Of a DNA stretch of 64,000 bases, positions 11,167 through 19,816 are shown piece after piece. The notes below the pieces were generated by a model. The model saw only the letters and a list, made by a program, of their open reading frames with translations. It made no database searches and was not told the origin of the DNA. A program made the translations under genes and the position numbers. Source of the stretch: Acidobacteriota bacterium (GTDB lineage: Bacteria > Acidobacteriota > UBA6911 > RPQK01 > JAJDTT01); NCBI GenBank assembly GCA_965217775.1, contig CBDCJH010000002.1, forward strand, positions 6,112,001 through 6,176,000, read 5' to 3'. How positions within the stretch are numbered: position 1 is the stretch's first letter; every line of letters starts with the position of its first letter.

Positions 11167-12459
11167 CTATGCGATGCGTTTCCGGTTGCGACGGCGCCTG
11201 CGGCCGGAGGAATTGGAATTCCGCCCACGATTGGACGACCCTCCGCCAGGCCGCATGCCACGCACGTTATGACCATAGGGCCGGCGAGGGCGTGGGGGCC
11301 GCGCGGCGACGTCGGGCTCAAAGCCGACGACCTTCCGACGCGGGATCGGGGCCCCGATCATGCGTTCGGTGGCCTGAACCCAGCCGCGATCAATACCGGT
11401 GACGAAGGTACAAGCGATACCCTCGCGTTCCGCACGACCCGTACGTCCGATGCGGTGGATGTAGGCTTCCGGAGTGTTCGGCACGTCGAAGTTAATCACA
11501 TGGGAAACACCGCTCACGTCTATGCCTCGAGCCGCGATGTCCGTGGCTACAAGGATATTGAAGCGACGGGTGCGGAACCCTCTCATGGCGCGATCGCGCT
11601 GGGCCTGGGACATGGATCCCTGAAGACCTACGGCTCGGTGTCCGTCCCTGCTCAACTGATTCGCTAGTCGCCGGGCGCGGTACTTCGTACGAGTGAAGAT
11701 AATGGCCGAGTCGCAATCGTCGCCAGTGAGCAGGTGTTCAAGCAGAACTCTCTTACGCCCCTCCCCGACCATGTACAGACCGTGATCGACGGTGGCGACC
11801 GGGGCTGTACTGGCCAGCTCGATCACGTGGGGATCCGTCAACAGATCGTCCGCCAGTCGACGAATCTCTCTCGGCATGGTGGCCGAAAACAGCAGGTTCT
11901 GGCGCCGCTCGGGCATCGCAGCGAGAATCTTGCGAATGTCGGGCAAGAAACCCATGTCAAACATGTGATCGGCCTCGTCGAGGACCAGCGTTTCTACGTA
12001 GCCGAGGCGGAGCACCCGCTGCCCGAGCAGGTCGAGCACGCGTCCCGGACAACCCACAATGATTTCCGGGTGCCGGCGTAGCGAGTTGATCTGGTTACGC
12101 GTCGAAACGCCACCATAGACTGTGAGGGTCTTCAGGCGTGTGAACCTGGCCAGCGTGCGGATCTCAGCCGCGATCTGATTGGCGAGTTCCCGTGTGGGAG
12201 CGAGCACCAGAGCTCGAGGGGCCGGGCGGCGCACTTTGAGAAGCCGGTCGAGCAGCGGCAATGCAAAGGCCGCCGTCTTGCCGGTGCCGGTCTGGGCCAG
12301 GCCCAGCACGTCGCGACCGGCGCGACCCGCGGGAATAGTCTCCTGTTGGATCGGCCAGGGATTCTCGAAGCCAATGCCGCGAATGCCGCGAATGAGGGCT
12401 TGATGGAGTTCGAACCGTTCGAAACCGTTCGAAACAGTAGATACGAAACTAGATATCAA
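11167..12459 (-). CDS. DEAD-box RNA helicase (RhlE-like)
   Basis: AQTGTGKT, PTRELA, DEAD, SAT, HRIGRTGR motifs; Arg-rich tail; probable TTG start at 12459 behind GGAG. Confidence 0.95.
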   Translation of the reverse strand: MISSFVSTVSNGFERFELHQALIRGIRGIGFENPWPIQQETIPAGRAGRDVLGLAQTGTGKTAAFALPLLDRLLKVRRPAPRALVLAPTRELANQIAAEIRTLARFTRLKTLTVYGGVSTRNQINSLRRHPEIIVGCPGRVLDLLGQRVLRLGYVETLVLDEADHMFDMGFLPDIRKILAAMPERRQNLLFSATMPREIRRLADDLLTDPHVIELASTAPVATVDHGLYMVGEGRKRVLLEHLLTGDDCDSAIIFTRTKYRARRLANQLSRDGHRAVGLQGSMSQAQRDRAMRGFRTRRFNILVATDIAARGIDVSGVSHVINFDVPNTPEAYIHRIGRTGRAEREGIACTFVTGIDRGWVQATERMIGAPIPRRKVVGFEPDVAARPPRPRRPYGHNVRGMRPGGGSSNRGRNSNSSGRRRRRNRKRIA

Positions 12460-12748
12460 AATATTGTTCTCCACCGTGCGCGCACAGGCAGATCCTGTAC
12501 GGCACGACTGTAGTTTCCGACCCAGACAACAGCTAAGGGTAAGAGGGATTCGTTGGCGGCGCGACCTTGGAAGGATTACTAAAGAGGTACTGTTGATCGC
12601 CACTTTCGGGCTGAGCCCGATCAAGGAACAAACAGGATAGCTGTTCTTGACGATTATTACCACCCGGGTGTCGGTAGCACGTGATCTGTCCGGTCCAGGA
12701 GGCGTGAGGTTAGGATGAGCTTTTTTCTCTCACACGAAGGAGGGAGAG

Positions 12749-14108
12749 ATGGAGCTGTATCCGCCGCGCGCCGTGGAGTGGGCGATGAAGGTGCAGGAAG
12801 TGATCCTTCGAGCGATGAGTGGGCAGATCAAGTGGTTCCAGGCGGCTGAGATCATCGGAGTGAGTCCTCGAACCATGCGGCGCTGGCGGCGCCGTTACGA
12901 GGAGTACGGCTACGACGGATTATACGATCGACGGCTGAAGCGGCCCTCGCCCAAACGGGTCCTCCTGGCCACGGTCGAGAAGGTGCTGCGGCTGTACCAG
13001 GAGAAGTACCGGGACTTCAACGTCGCCCATTTCGTGGAGAAGCTGCACTTCAAAGAAGGGATTCCTCTGAATTACAGCTGGGTGAAGAAGGCGCTCTCTG
13101 GAGTCGGGACTGGTTCGGAAGCGGCGGCGACGGGGGACGCACCGGCGACGCCGACCGCGGCGGCCTCTGAAGGGGATGATGTTGCACCTGGACGGGAGCA
13201 AACATCGCTGGTTGCCGGGTTCGGGATACCAAGACCTGATCCTGAGGTTCGACGATGCGGACAGCGAGGTCTACCAGTCCGTGGTGAAAGTCCCGCGAGC
13301 ACCGAGACCGTTCCTGCGCCCGCCGGACAAGGCGCGATTCGGGAGCATACCGGGAGTATGTGATCGAATCGCAACGCAGTCCGCCGGGATGCAGGGACGG
13401 TCGGATGCCGTGGCGACTTTTGCCACGGGCTGCTACTACGCGCAACTGGTGGCGGAAGAGAGCACGAAGACGGTGATGGCGGCGATCCGGGAGGTGGTCG
13501 GTCAACAAGGCGTGTTCAATTCGCTTTACACGGACGCGGCGAGTCACTTCGTGCACACGCCGGTGGCGGGATACCCGCCGGACCGGGAGCATCGGACCCG
13601 GGTGGCGCGGGCGTTGGAGCGGCTGGAGATCGAGTTGATCGTGGCGCATTCCCCCCAGGCGCGGGGTCGGTGCGAAGGGATGTTCGGGACCTGGCAGGGC
13701 CGGCTGCCGCAGGAGTTGCGGTTGCGAGGGATCCGCACGCTGAAAGAGCCGAACCGGTATCTGCGGGAGGGGTGGATCGGGTTTCACAATCGACGCTTCA
13801 CGGTGCCGCCGGCTCCAGCGGGAACGGCCTTTGTTCCGGCCGACGGGATCGATCTGGAGCAGATCTTTTCCCACCGGGAGAACCGGGTGGTGGGCGCGGA
13901 CAATACGGTGCGGTACCGGCGGCGGGTTCTGCAGATCGAACCGCAGAGGTTTCGCCACACTCTGGCCAAGTGCCGGGTGTGGGTGTGCGAGCACCTGGAC
14001 GGGAACTTGAGCCTTTACTACGGGCTTCACCGGCTGGGGCGATCCGACGGGGGGTTCAAATTTTCACCGACCGGACAGATCACGTGTCAAAAAAACCGGA
14101 CAACTTGA
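12749..14108 (+). pseudogene. ISNCY/IS1202-type DDE transposase, frameshifted near 13098 and carrying an in-frame MITE
   Basis: N-terminal HTH in ORF 12749-13363; LHLDGSKHRW, DDA, LYTD, SPQARGR.E...TWQGRL in ORF 13176-14108; the frames join if one base is removed in GCGCTCTCTGGAG. Confidence 0.88.
13275..13432 (-). mobile_element. 158-bp MITE, full copy, 4-bp target duplication CTAC
   Basis: TIRs CAGTCCGTGGTGAAAGTC / GACTTTTGCCACGGGCTG; CTAC at 13271-13274 and 13433-13436; removing it restores the codons S-E-V-Y-Y-A-Q-L. Confidence 0.95.
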
Positions 14109-14287
14109 CGTGCTAATGACACCGGGCACTCGCCATCATCCTGATGCCGAGGCCGATTGAGTATTGCGGATTGTTGATGCAGTGCCTATCAGCATGACCG
14201 CCACCCGCCAAGAGGTGCGCCAGGATGAGAGAAGTAAAGGATCTCAATGACCGCTTACTCCAATTGCCCAGGTGTGAGGCATCCCGG

Positions 14288-14755
14288 TCAGCAAGCCTCG
14301 GCTTCGTCCTTTTCCGCGTAGACCGAGGCTTCGAAGTCCGTCCATGCTTGGGCTCGTACCTTCCGTGCCTGCTCACGAAGATCGACGCCTTTGGCGCGGG
14401 CATCGGCGAGGGTGGTTGTCATGGCGACCTGTTCGTTCTTCGGCGGGATGGAAAAAGTGAAGCCCAAAAAGCGGGTTTCGAGATGTTCTTCATCGTTGGT
14501 GAAGTCCGGTCACGTTCGCTCCGATCTGGCGCCGAACATCGGAGATACGGAGAATCTCCATCAGAAACGTCGCGTCAACCGGCGCGGGTTGGCGTGCAAC
14601 GGACCGGAAGATCTTGTCGCAAAGCATGAGTTTCGGGCACCTCTCTCTAATCAAGGCAGTTACGCCGACGAGCCGCGTGATGTTGACGCGGCTAATCAGG
14701 AGTTGCCCTGGCTTCGCCTCAAGGTGTGGACGCGGCTTGAGGTGTTTGGGCAGTG
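14288..14755 (-). pseudogene. Relic of a type I restriction-modification specificity subunit (HsdS, C-terminal TRD)
   Basis: Across frameshifts it reads KPGQLLISRVNITRLVG...KLMLCDKIFR...RRQIGANVTG/TSPTMKNISKPAF/LGFTFSIPPKNEQ followed by a helical tail; cut at the 5' side by the IS6 end. Confidence 0.7.
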
Positions 14756-15310
14756 GGTTGTGTTGCAACTTTGGCCGACGACGGCTGGTAGCCTGAGGAG
14801 ATCATGAAGAAGGCAATCCGACCGGCGATCTTCAAGTGGCGAGAAACGGAGCCCGATTTGATTCTTTGCGCCGTGCGCTGGTAGCTTCGCTATTCCTCTC
14901 GTTCCGCGATGTCGAAGAGCGGCTCAGCGAGCGCGCCCTGGAGGCGGACCCCACGACAATCTGGCGCTGGGTCCAGCGCTACGGTCCCGAACTGGAGGAG
15001 CGGAGGCGCCGTCGTCTCAAGCCAACCAACAAGTCCTGGCGTGTCGATGAGACCTACGTTCGCCTCAATGATCGCTGGTGCTACCTCTACCGCGCCATCG
15101 ATTCCACCGCCGCCACGATCGACTGCGTACTCTCGGGGTTGCTCATGCCGCGGCGGCCAAACGCCTGTTCCGCAAGGCGCTGACTGATCCGTCGCATCCT
15201 CAACCCCGCGTCATCAACCCGGACCAGGCGCGCATCTGTAAACTCGGCGATCCTCGCCGTGCAAGAACAAGGAACGCTGCGTCGCCGATGCCGACATCGC
15301 CTGACCCCTG
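14756..15310 (+). pseudogene. Degenerate IS6-family element (left IR plus broken transposase)
   Basis: GGTTGTGTTGCAACTT resembles an IS6 IR; FKWRETEPDLILCAVRW*, TTIWRWVQRY, SWRVDETYV...YLYRAIDS, AAKRLFRKAL; contains stops and frameshifts and is 3'-truncated. Confidence 0.85.
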
Positions 15311-15431
15311 CAAGTCGCGAACCCGACGGTGGGTTTAGAGGGACGCAATCTCCGATGCCGCTGGCCGACTTGCCAGTCAGAAGCGATCGATTGGACAGAT
15401 CCAGGTTTCCCTGTGAGGATAGGGGCTATCC

Positions 15432-16967
15432 GTGATCAACCAAAACACAGAGGCTGCGTGGCAATATCACAACGCCACCAAGCATTCGCCGTGGAGTGTC
15501 CGGGCCAATACACACCGTATGGATTGGTCCATCAAACCCCTTCCGTTCAAGATTTACCCCAAACTGGAGCCGATCCGGCTGGATCCGTCGATTGCCAGAA
15601 CCGAGGTTCCGGCTCTTGTGGCCGTGTCGGCCACCGAGGTCGACTCGGAAACCGAATCCGCTCCGGACCTCAAGCAGCTGGGGCAGTTGCTCTACCTTTC
15701 GGCGGGTATCACTAAGAAAGTCGATTACCCGGGCGGGACCCAGTACTTCCGTGCCGCATCCTGCACGGGCGCACTCTACGCGTTCGAGGTGTACATCGTA
15801 TGCGGCGATCTCAATGGGCTCGACGCAGGCGTTTACAACTTCGGTCCAGGCGACTTGAGCCTTCGCCGACTGCGCGAAGGCGATTATCGGGGCGTGCTGG
15901 CCGGGGCAGCCGGAAATGATCCGGCCATCGCCGGCGCTGCTGCGATCCTCATCTGCACCGGCACTTACTGGCGGAACGCCTGGAAATATCAGGCTCGAAC
16001 GTACCGTCATTTTGGCTGGGATAACGGCACGATCGTTGCGAACACGCTGGCCGTTGCCGAGGCTCTCGGTCTCCCGGCTCAAGTGACGTGTGGTTTCATC
16101 GACGCTGATGTCAATCGTCTGCTCGACCTCGACACGGAACACGAGGTGGCGTTTTCGATGATTCCGCTGGGGAGTCAATCCGTTTCTCACCCAGCGTCTC
16201 CAAGGGACATTCCACCACTGAATCTTGAGACGGTACCGCTTTCAGAGAGCGAAGTGCAGTACCCTCAGATGACCCGGATGCACGAGGCGTCGTCGCTCGG
16301 GAGTATTGAGGAGGTCGTGGCTTGGCGCGGCCACACGCCGGTCGGCCCGGGACCGTCCTTAAACAGCGAAACTATTTCTCTCTTGCCGCCGCCTGACAGT
16401 CAGATACCCAAAGACAGCATCGAGACAGTGGTCCTGCGACGTGGATCAACACGGCAGTTCGACCGGGTGTCGATAGAGGCCAAGCAGTTAGGGACAATGC
16501 TCCACTGTGCGACGCGGGGCATTCGGGCGGACTTTCTCTCTCGCTTCGGTTCGTCCCTGAACGACGTTTATCTGATCGTGAACGCCGTGGACGGAATCAA
16601 ACCCGGCGCGTATGTGTACCATCATGAAGAGAACAAGCTGGAGCTTTTGAAGGAAGGGGATTTCCGTGGCGAGGCCTCACACCTGGGGTTGGACCAATCG
16701 CTTCCCGGCGACGCCAGTATCGCCGTCTTCTTTTTGGCGGACCTCGCCCCAATTCTCCGGCGGTTTGGAAACCGCGGATACCGTGCAGTGCAGCTTGAAG
16801 CCGGGATCCTCGGTGGGAAACTCTACCTGGGGGCCTATGCCCAGCGTCTCGGCGCGACGGGACTCACCTTCTACGACGACGAAGTCATCGAGTTCTTCTC
16901 ACCCCACGCCGCCGGCAAGAGTGCAATCTTTTTGATGGCGCTGGGCAAGAGCGTCAAGCGCGGTTAG
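15432..16967 (+). CDS. SagB/ThcOx-family dehydrogenase with two nitroreductase-like domains
   Basis: YHNATKH, FRAASCTGALY, WKYQARTYRH, RRGSTRQF, RGYRAVQLEAG, TGLTFYDD. Confidence 0.88.
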   Translation: MINQNTEAAWQYHNATKHSPWSVRANTHRMDWSIKPLPFKIYPKLEPIRLDPSIARTEVPALVAVSATEVDSETESAPDLKQLGQLLYLSAGITKKVDYPGGTQYFRAASCTGALYAFEVYIVCGDLNGLDAGVYNFGPGDLSLRRLREGDYRGVLAGAAGNDPAIAGAAAILICTGTYWRNAWKYQARTYRHFGWDNGTIVANTLAVAEALGLPAQVTCGFIDADVNRLLDLDTEHEVAFSMIPLGSQSVSHPASPRDIPPLNLETVPLSESEVQYPQMTRMHEASSLGSIEEVVAWRGHTPVGPGPSLNSETISLLPPPDSQIPKDSIETVVLRRGSTRQFDRVSIEAKQLGTMLHCATRGIRADFLSRFGSSLNDVYLIVNAVDGIKPGAYVYHHEENKLELLKEGDFRGEASHLGLDQSLPGDASIAVFFLADLAPILRRFGNRGYRAVQLEAGILGGKLYLGAYAQRLGATGLTFYDDEVIEFFSPHAAGKSAIFLMALGKSVKRG

Positions 16968-17188
16968 TTCAAGCAATACGAAAGGTCGTTCAAAGAGTCG
17001 GTCTAACCGAGCATCGCCTCTGGCTTGCGACGGTTGTGCACCTGCGGCCAGTGGGCCTCTACACTGAATCTTCTTTATGACCGAGCCAAGACAGACGGGT
17101 CAGTTCTTTGCGCCGACGCACATTTGAGAGCAGGGTTGCTCCACCGGGGGATAGTGCCTTGAGAATGGGTAATATCAGCGCTTGAGGG

Positions 17189-17509
17189 TCAGGAATGGGC
17201 ATCGGTTCTGCTCCCTGCTACCGCCATCATCGTTTTCCGGGGCTGGACGCGCTCGGCAATACTACGGCCAGACTCGATCTCTTCCCGCCGCAGCTCCCAG
17301 GTCTTCTGCAGATTCATCCAGACCTGCCGTGTCGTCCCGAAGTAGCGCGCCAGGCGCAATGCGGTGTTGGCGGTTACGCCCCGCTGCCCATTCAGGATCG
17401 CCGTGATTCGATTCACCGGGACGTCGAGCGCCTTCGACAACGCATTCGCCGACAGGCCAAGCTCATCCAATTCGTCCCGCAAGATCTCTCCCGGATGCAC
17501 CGCCCGCAT
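17189..17509 (-). CDS. higA: HigA-family antitoxin
   Basis: HPGEILRDEL...TALRLARYFGTT..WMNLQ; the RBS-linked upstream ATG (17527) is followed by an in-frame TAG. Confidence 0.9.
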   Translation of the reverse strand: MRAVHPGEILRDELDELGLSANALSKALDVPVNRITAILNGQRGVTANTALRLARYFGTTRQVWMNLQKTWELRREEIESGRSIAERVQPRKTMMAVAGSRTDAHS

Positions 17510-17596
17510 TCTATTCTAGAAGCTCATCGCCTCGACCTCCTCAGTGATAATCTAGGGGATTATATACGTAAGTGCCGAGAATTCAGGCTGATGGGT

Positions 17597-17602
17597 TACA
17601 AT
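17597..17602 (+). promoter_or_regulatory. Putative -10 box for a leaderless tnpB transcript
   Basis: TACAAT 7 nt before the ATG at 17610; no Shine-Dalgarno sequence. Confidence 0.5.
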
Positions 17603-17609
17603 TCCGACC

Positions 17610-18785
17610 ATGAAAGGCCACGCAACTATCCAGTGCAGAGCCAAGCTGTCCAAGGGTGGAATCCGGCGGTTGGACCGGGTGAGGTCCATCCTGAATCGGC
17701 TGTACAACGCTGCACTGGAGGAACGCAGGACGACGTGGGAATCCGAGGAACGCGGCGTGACCCTGTACGATCAGATGAAGGGGTTGACCTCCCAGAGGAA
17801 GGACGATCCGGAGGGGCTCGGGTCGGTGGCGGTCAAAGCGGAGCGTGGGATGTTGATGCGGTTGGACCGGGCCTTCAAGGCGTTCTTCCGTCGCTGCAAG
17901 GCGGGGGAGAAGCCGGGGTATCCTCGATTCCGGCCCATTGCGAGGATGGAGACCATCGACGTCGTCGACCCCAAAGCGACCATGGTGAAGAAGCGCGCTC
18001 GGGGCTACGCCATCCGGCCCAAGGGCTTCCCGACGATCCGGATATTTCCGTCCCGGCCGTTGCCGGACGGATGCCCGTTGAAGGCGTTGCGGATTGTCCG
18101 CAAGCCGAACCGGGTGTATGTGGACCTGACGTACGAGGTGGAGAAGCCGCCGCTACCGAAATGCGAGTCTTCGGTAGGGATCGACCTGGGCGTCCGCAAG
18201 CGAGCGGTGCTGTCCACGGGTGAGAGGATCGAACGGAATAGACGGGACTGGGCGGGGATCCGAAAGCAGCAGAGAAAGGTCTCCAGGTGCAAGAAGATTT
18301 CCAAGACCAGACGGAAGCGGATCGTACAGCTATCTCGGCTCCGTCACCGGGAAGCGGTCCGAAACCGTAATGCCTGCCATCGTCTCTCCAGCAGGATCAT
18401 TCGTGAGCACGGTCTGATCGCTGTGGAGAAGCTGAACATCCAAGGGATGGTAACGAAGGGCTCGAAGAAGAAGGGGCTGAATCGAGAAATAATGACGCAA
18501 TCCTGGGGGCTTCTGCGGAATCAACTCCAGTACAAGGCAGAATGGGCCGGTCGGAAGTTCGTAGAAGTGAATCCCGCATATACATCGCAGGACTGCCACC
18601 GGTGCGGCGCCCGCCACGATCCAGGGCGGAGCGAAACCTTCCGGTGCAGGGCCTGCGGACTTAGAATGGACAGGGACCACAATGCCGCCCTGAACATTCT
18701 CAGGGCTGGGGTTCTTGCCCTGGGCACCGGAACGTATCTCGTTGGGGAAAGCGTGGTGCCAGAACTGTATGCCAAGGGCACTTAG
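17610..18785 (+). CDS. tnpB: RNA-guided endonuclease TnpB
   Basis: LYNAALEER, KPGYPRF, RuvC-I GIDLG, RuvC-II IAVEKL, YTSQDCHRC...CRAC zinc finger, RuvC-III DRDHNAALNI. Confidence 0.96.
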   Translation: MKGHATIQCRAKLSKGGIRRLDRVRSILNRLYNAALEERRTTWESEERGVTLYDQMKGLTSQRKDDPEGLGSVAVKAERGMLMRLDRAFKAFFRRCKAGEKPGYPRFRPIARMETIDVVDPKATMVKKRARGYAIRPKGFPTIRIFPSRPLPDGCPLKALRIVRKPNRVYVDLTYEVEKPPLPKCESSVGIDLGVRKRAVLSTGERIERNRRDWAGIRKQQRKVSRCKKISKTRRKRIVQLSRLRHREAVRNRNACHRLSSRIIREHGLIAVEKLNIQGMVTKGSKKKGLNREIMTQSWGLLRNQLQYKAEWAGRKFVEVNPAYTSQDCHRCGARHDPGRSETFRCRACGLRMDRDHNAALNILRAGVLALGTGTYLVGESVVPELYAKGT

Positions 18786-18874
18786 GTATATAAGCCCCAT
18801 AATCTATGATGTTGACGGGTGTGGGTGAGTGTATCAGCGGTCATCTGAGTTCTTTCCTCAAGTTCGTCTCACTA

Positions 18875-19474
18875 TCAATTCAGCAGTTGCCGGCAGGTCA
18901 CCTGCAGCATTTTCCGCACTAAGGGGCGCGCTAAGCGATCAGGAAGGCTGGCGTCGCAGCGAAGGAAATCTACAAGCTCGGAGGACCGTCCAAGAACCTG
19001 CACATCTCGAACCGGCGGGTCCCCGACCTGCGGGTCGATCCATCGTGTGCCGACAACCGTCAGGGCATCTCTGCTGTCGACCTGGTCGACGAGGATGACG
19101 TTCGCATCTTGCAGTGATACCTCTATGTCCTGCACTCGGGCCGTCCGAGTCTGGCGGTTAAACTGTAGGTTCAGCGTGAAATCGCCAAAGAAGAAGTGGT
19201 GATCCCAGGTTTCCCCGGAACCGCCAGTCCGGCTTCCGCTGGATTCGTCTCGGCCACCTTCTAAAAACCAGCCAGGACTTCCGCGCCAGAGGACGAGCAC
19301 CTCAAGTTCTCCGTCACCCGCCTGCCCGTGAGAGGTGAACAACGTGGCCACTACAGCGGGAGACACCGGCCGAGACCCGCCGGCTCCCGAAGGGGGACGG
19401 TCCCGTGCCTGGGCTTGGAGGGAGACTGACGCCAAGACGCTTAGCAATAGGAAGCAGTGCACTTTTCGTAACAT
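18875..19474 (-). CDS. Hypothetical exported protein
   Basis: 199-aa ORF with a signal-peptide-like N-terminus. Confidence 0.65.
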   Translation of the reverse strand: MLRKVHCFLLLSVLASVSLQAQARDRPPSGAGGSRPVSPAVVATLFTSHGQAGDGELEVLVLWRGSPGWFLEGGRDESSGSRTGGSGETWDHHFFFGDFTLNLQFNRQTRTARVQDIEVSLQDANVILVDQVDSRDALTVVGTRWIDPQVGDPPVRDVQVLGRSSELVDFLRCDASLPDRLARPLVRKMLQVTCRQLLN

Positions 19475-19508
19475 TGTGTTCCCCGGGTGCCGTTCAAATC
19501 AGCGGTTC

Positions 19509-19601
19509 GCCCAGGCAAGAGACCGGAACATAGTCAATGATTTTCGCACGCGGTGCCTCCGCGAGCTGAAGAAGATCCAGTAGGCGTGGCCGGGCCTGAA
19601 T
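19509..19601 (+). pseudogene. Short relic resembling the C-terminus of a plasmid RepA (RepA_C-type) protein
   Basis: AQARDRNIVNDFRTRCLRELKKIQ*AWPGLN resembles the recalled FR..LRELKKIK.AWP.LN tail. Confidence 0.45.
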
Positions 19602-19816
19602 ACCGGACAAATACGCTCACTTCTCGCCGAATTGAAAGGACAAACATCCTCGCGTCATCTTACAGTTAGTCAGGAGCAAGTAGTGGAGTACATGCACTCA
19701 GCGCGGCGGAGCTGTGGAAATCTCCAAAGAGGAGAATTGCGGACGGCGACGGAGAAAGAGAGGCGAACGGGAGACACTCGAGGAGGGCTGATGATCGAGC
19801 GGAACAAGATCGCACT

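Larger units (their letters stand above)
12669..14121 (+). mobile_element. ISNCY/IS1202(IS481)-like insertion sequence, 5-bp target duplication CCGGG
   Basis: TGTCGGTAGCACGTGA...GACGTGCTAATGACA ends (TGT..ACA); repeated CCGGACA sub-terminal sites; CCGGG at 12664-12668 and 12669-flanking copy at 14122-14126. Confidence 0.88.
17555..18798 (+). mobile_element. Non-autonomous TIR element (IS1595/ISNwi-like ends) carrying only tnpB; 8-bp target duplication
   Basis: 22-bp TIRs at 17555-17576 and 18777-18798 (20/22 match); ATAATCTA at 17547-17554 and 18799-18806. Confidence 0.92.

Noticed and set aside
12370-12440. Short tandem repeats (AATGCCGCG x2, TTCGAA(A)CCG x3) at the helicase 5' end
   Set aside because: The frame is preserved and they lie in a variable N-terminal region; no evidence for phase variation.
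12630-12668. dif/xrs site next to the IS1202-like element, or a hybrid promoter for the helicase
   Set aside because: Neither flank matches the XerC/XerD consensus convincingly, and the -35/-10 spacing of the putative hybrid promoter is poor.
13090-13105. Programmed frameshift in the ISNCY transposase
   Set aside because: No A-rich slippery heptamer; the shift sits in a CTCTCT run and looks like a simple indel.
17544-17548. GTGAT at the TnpB left flank equals the IS1380 TSD and resembles the TTGAT TAM of ISDra2
   Set aside because: A 5-mer coincidence is likely, and it straddles the TSD boundary; it cannot be supported from one copy.
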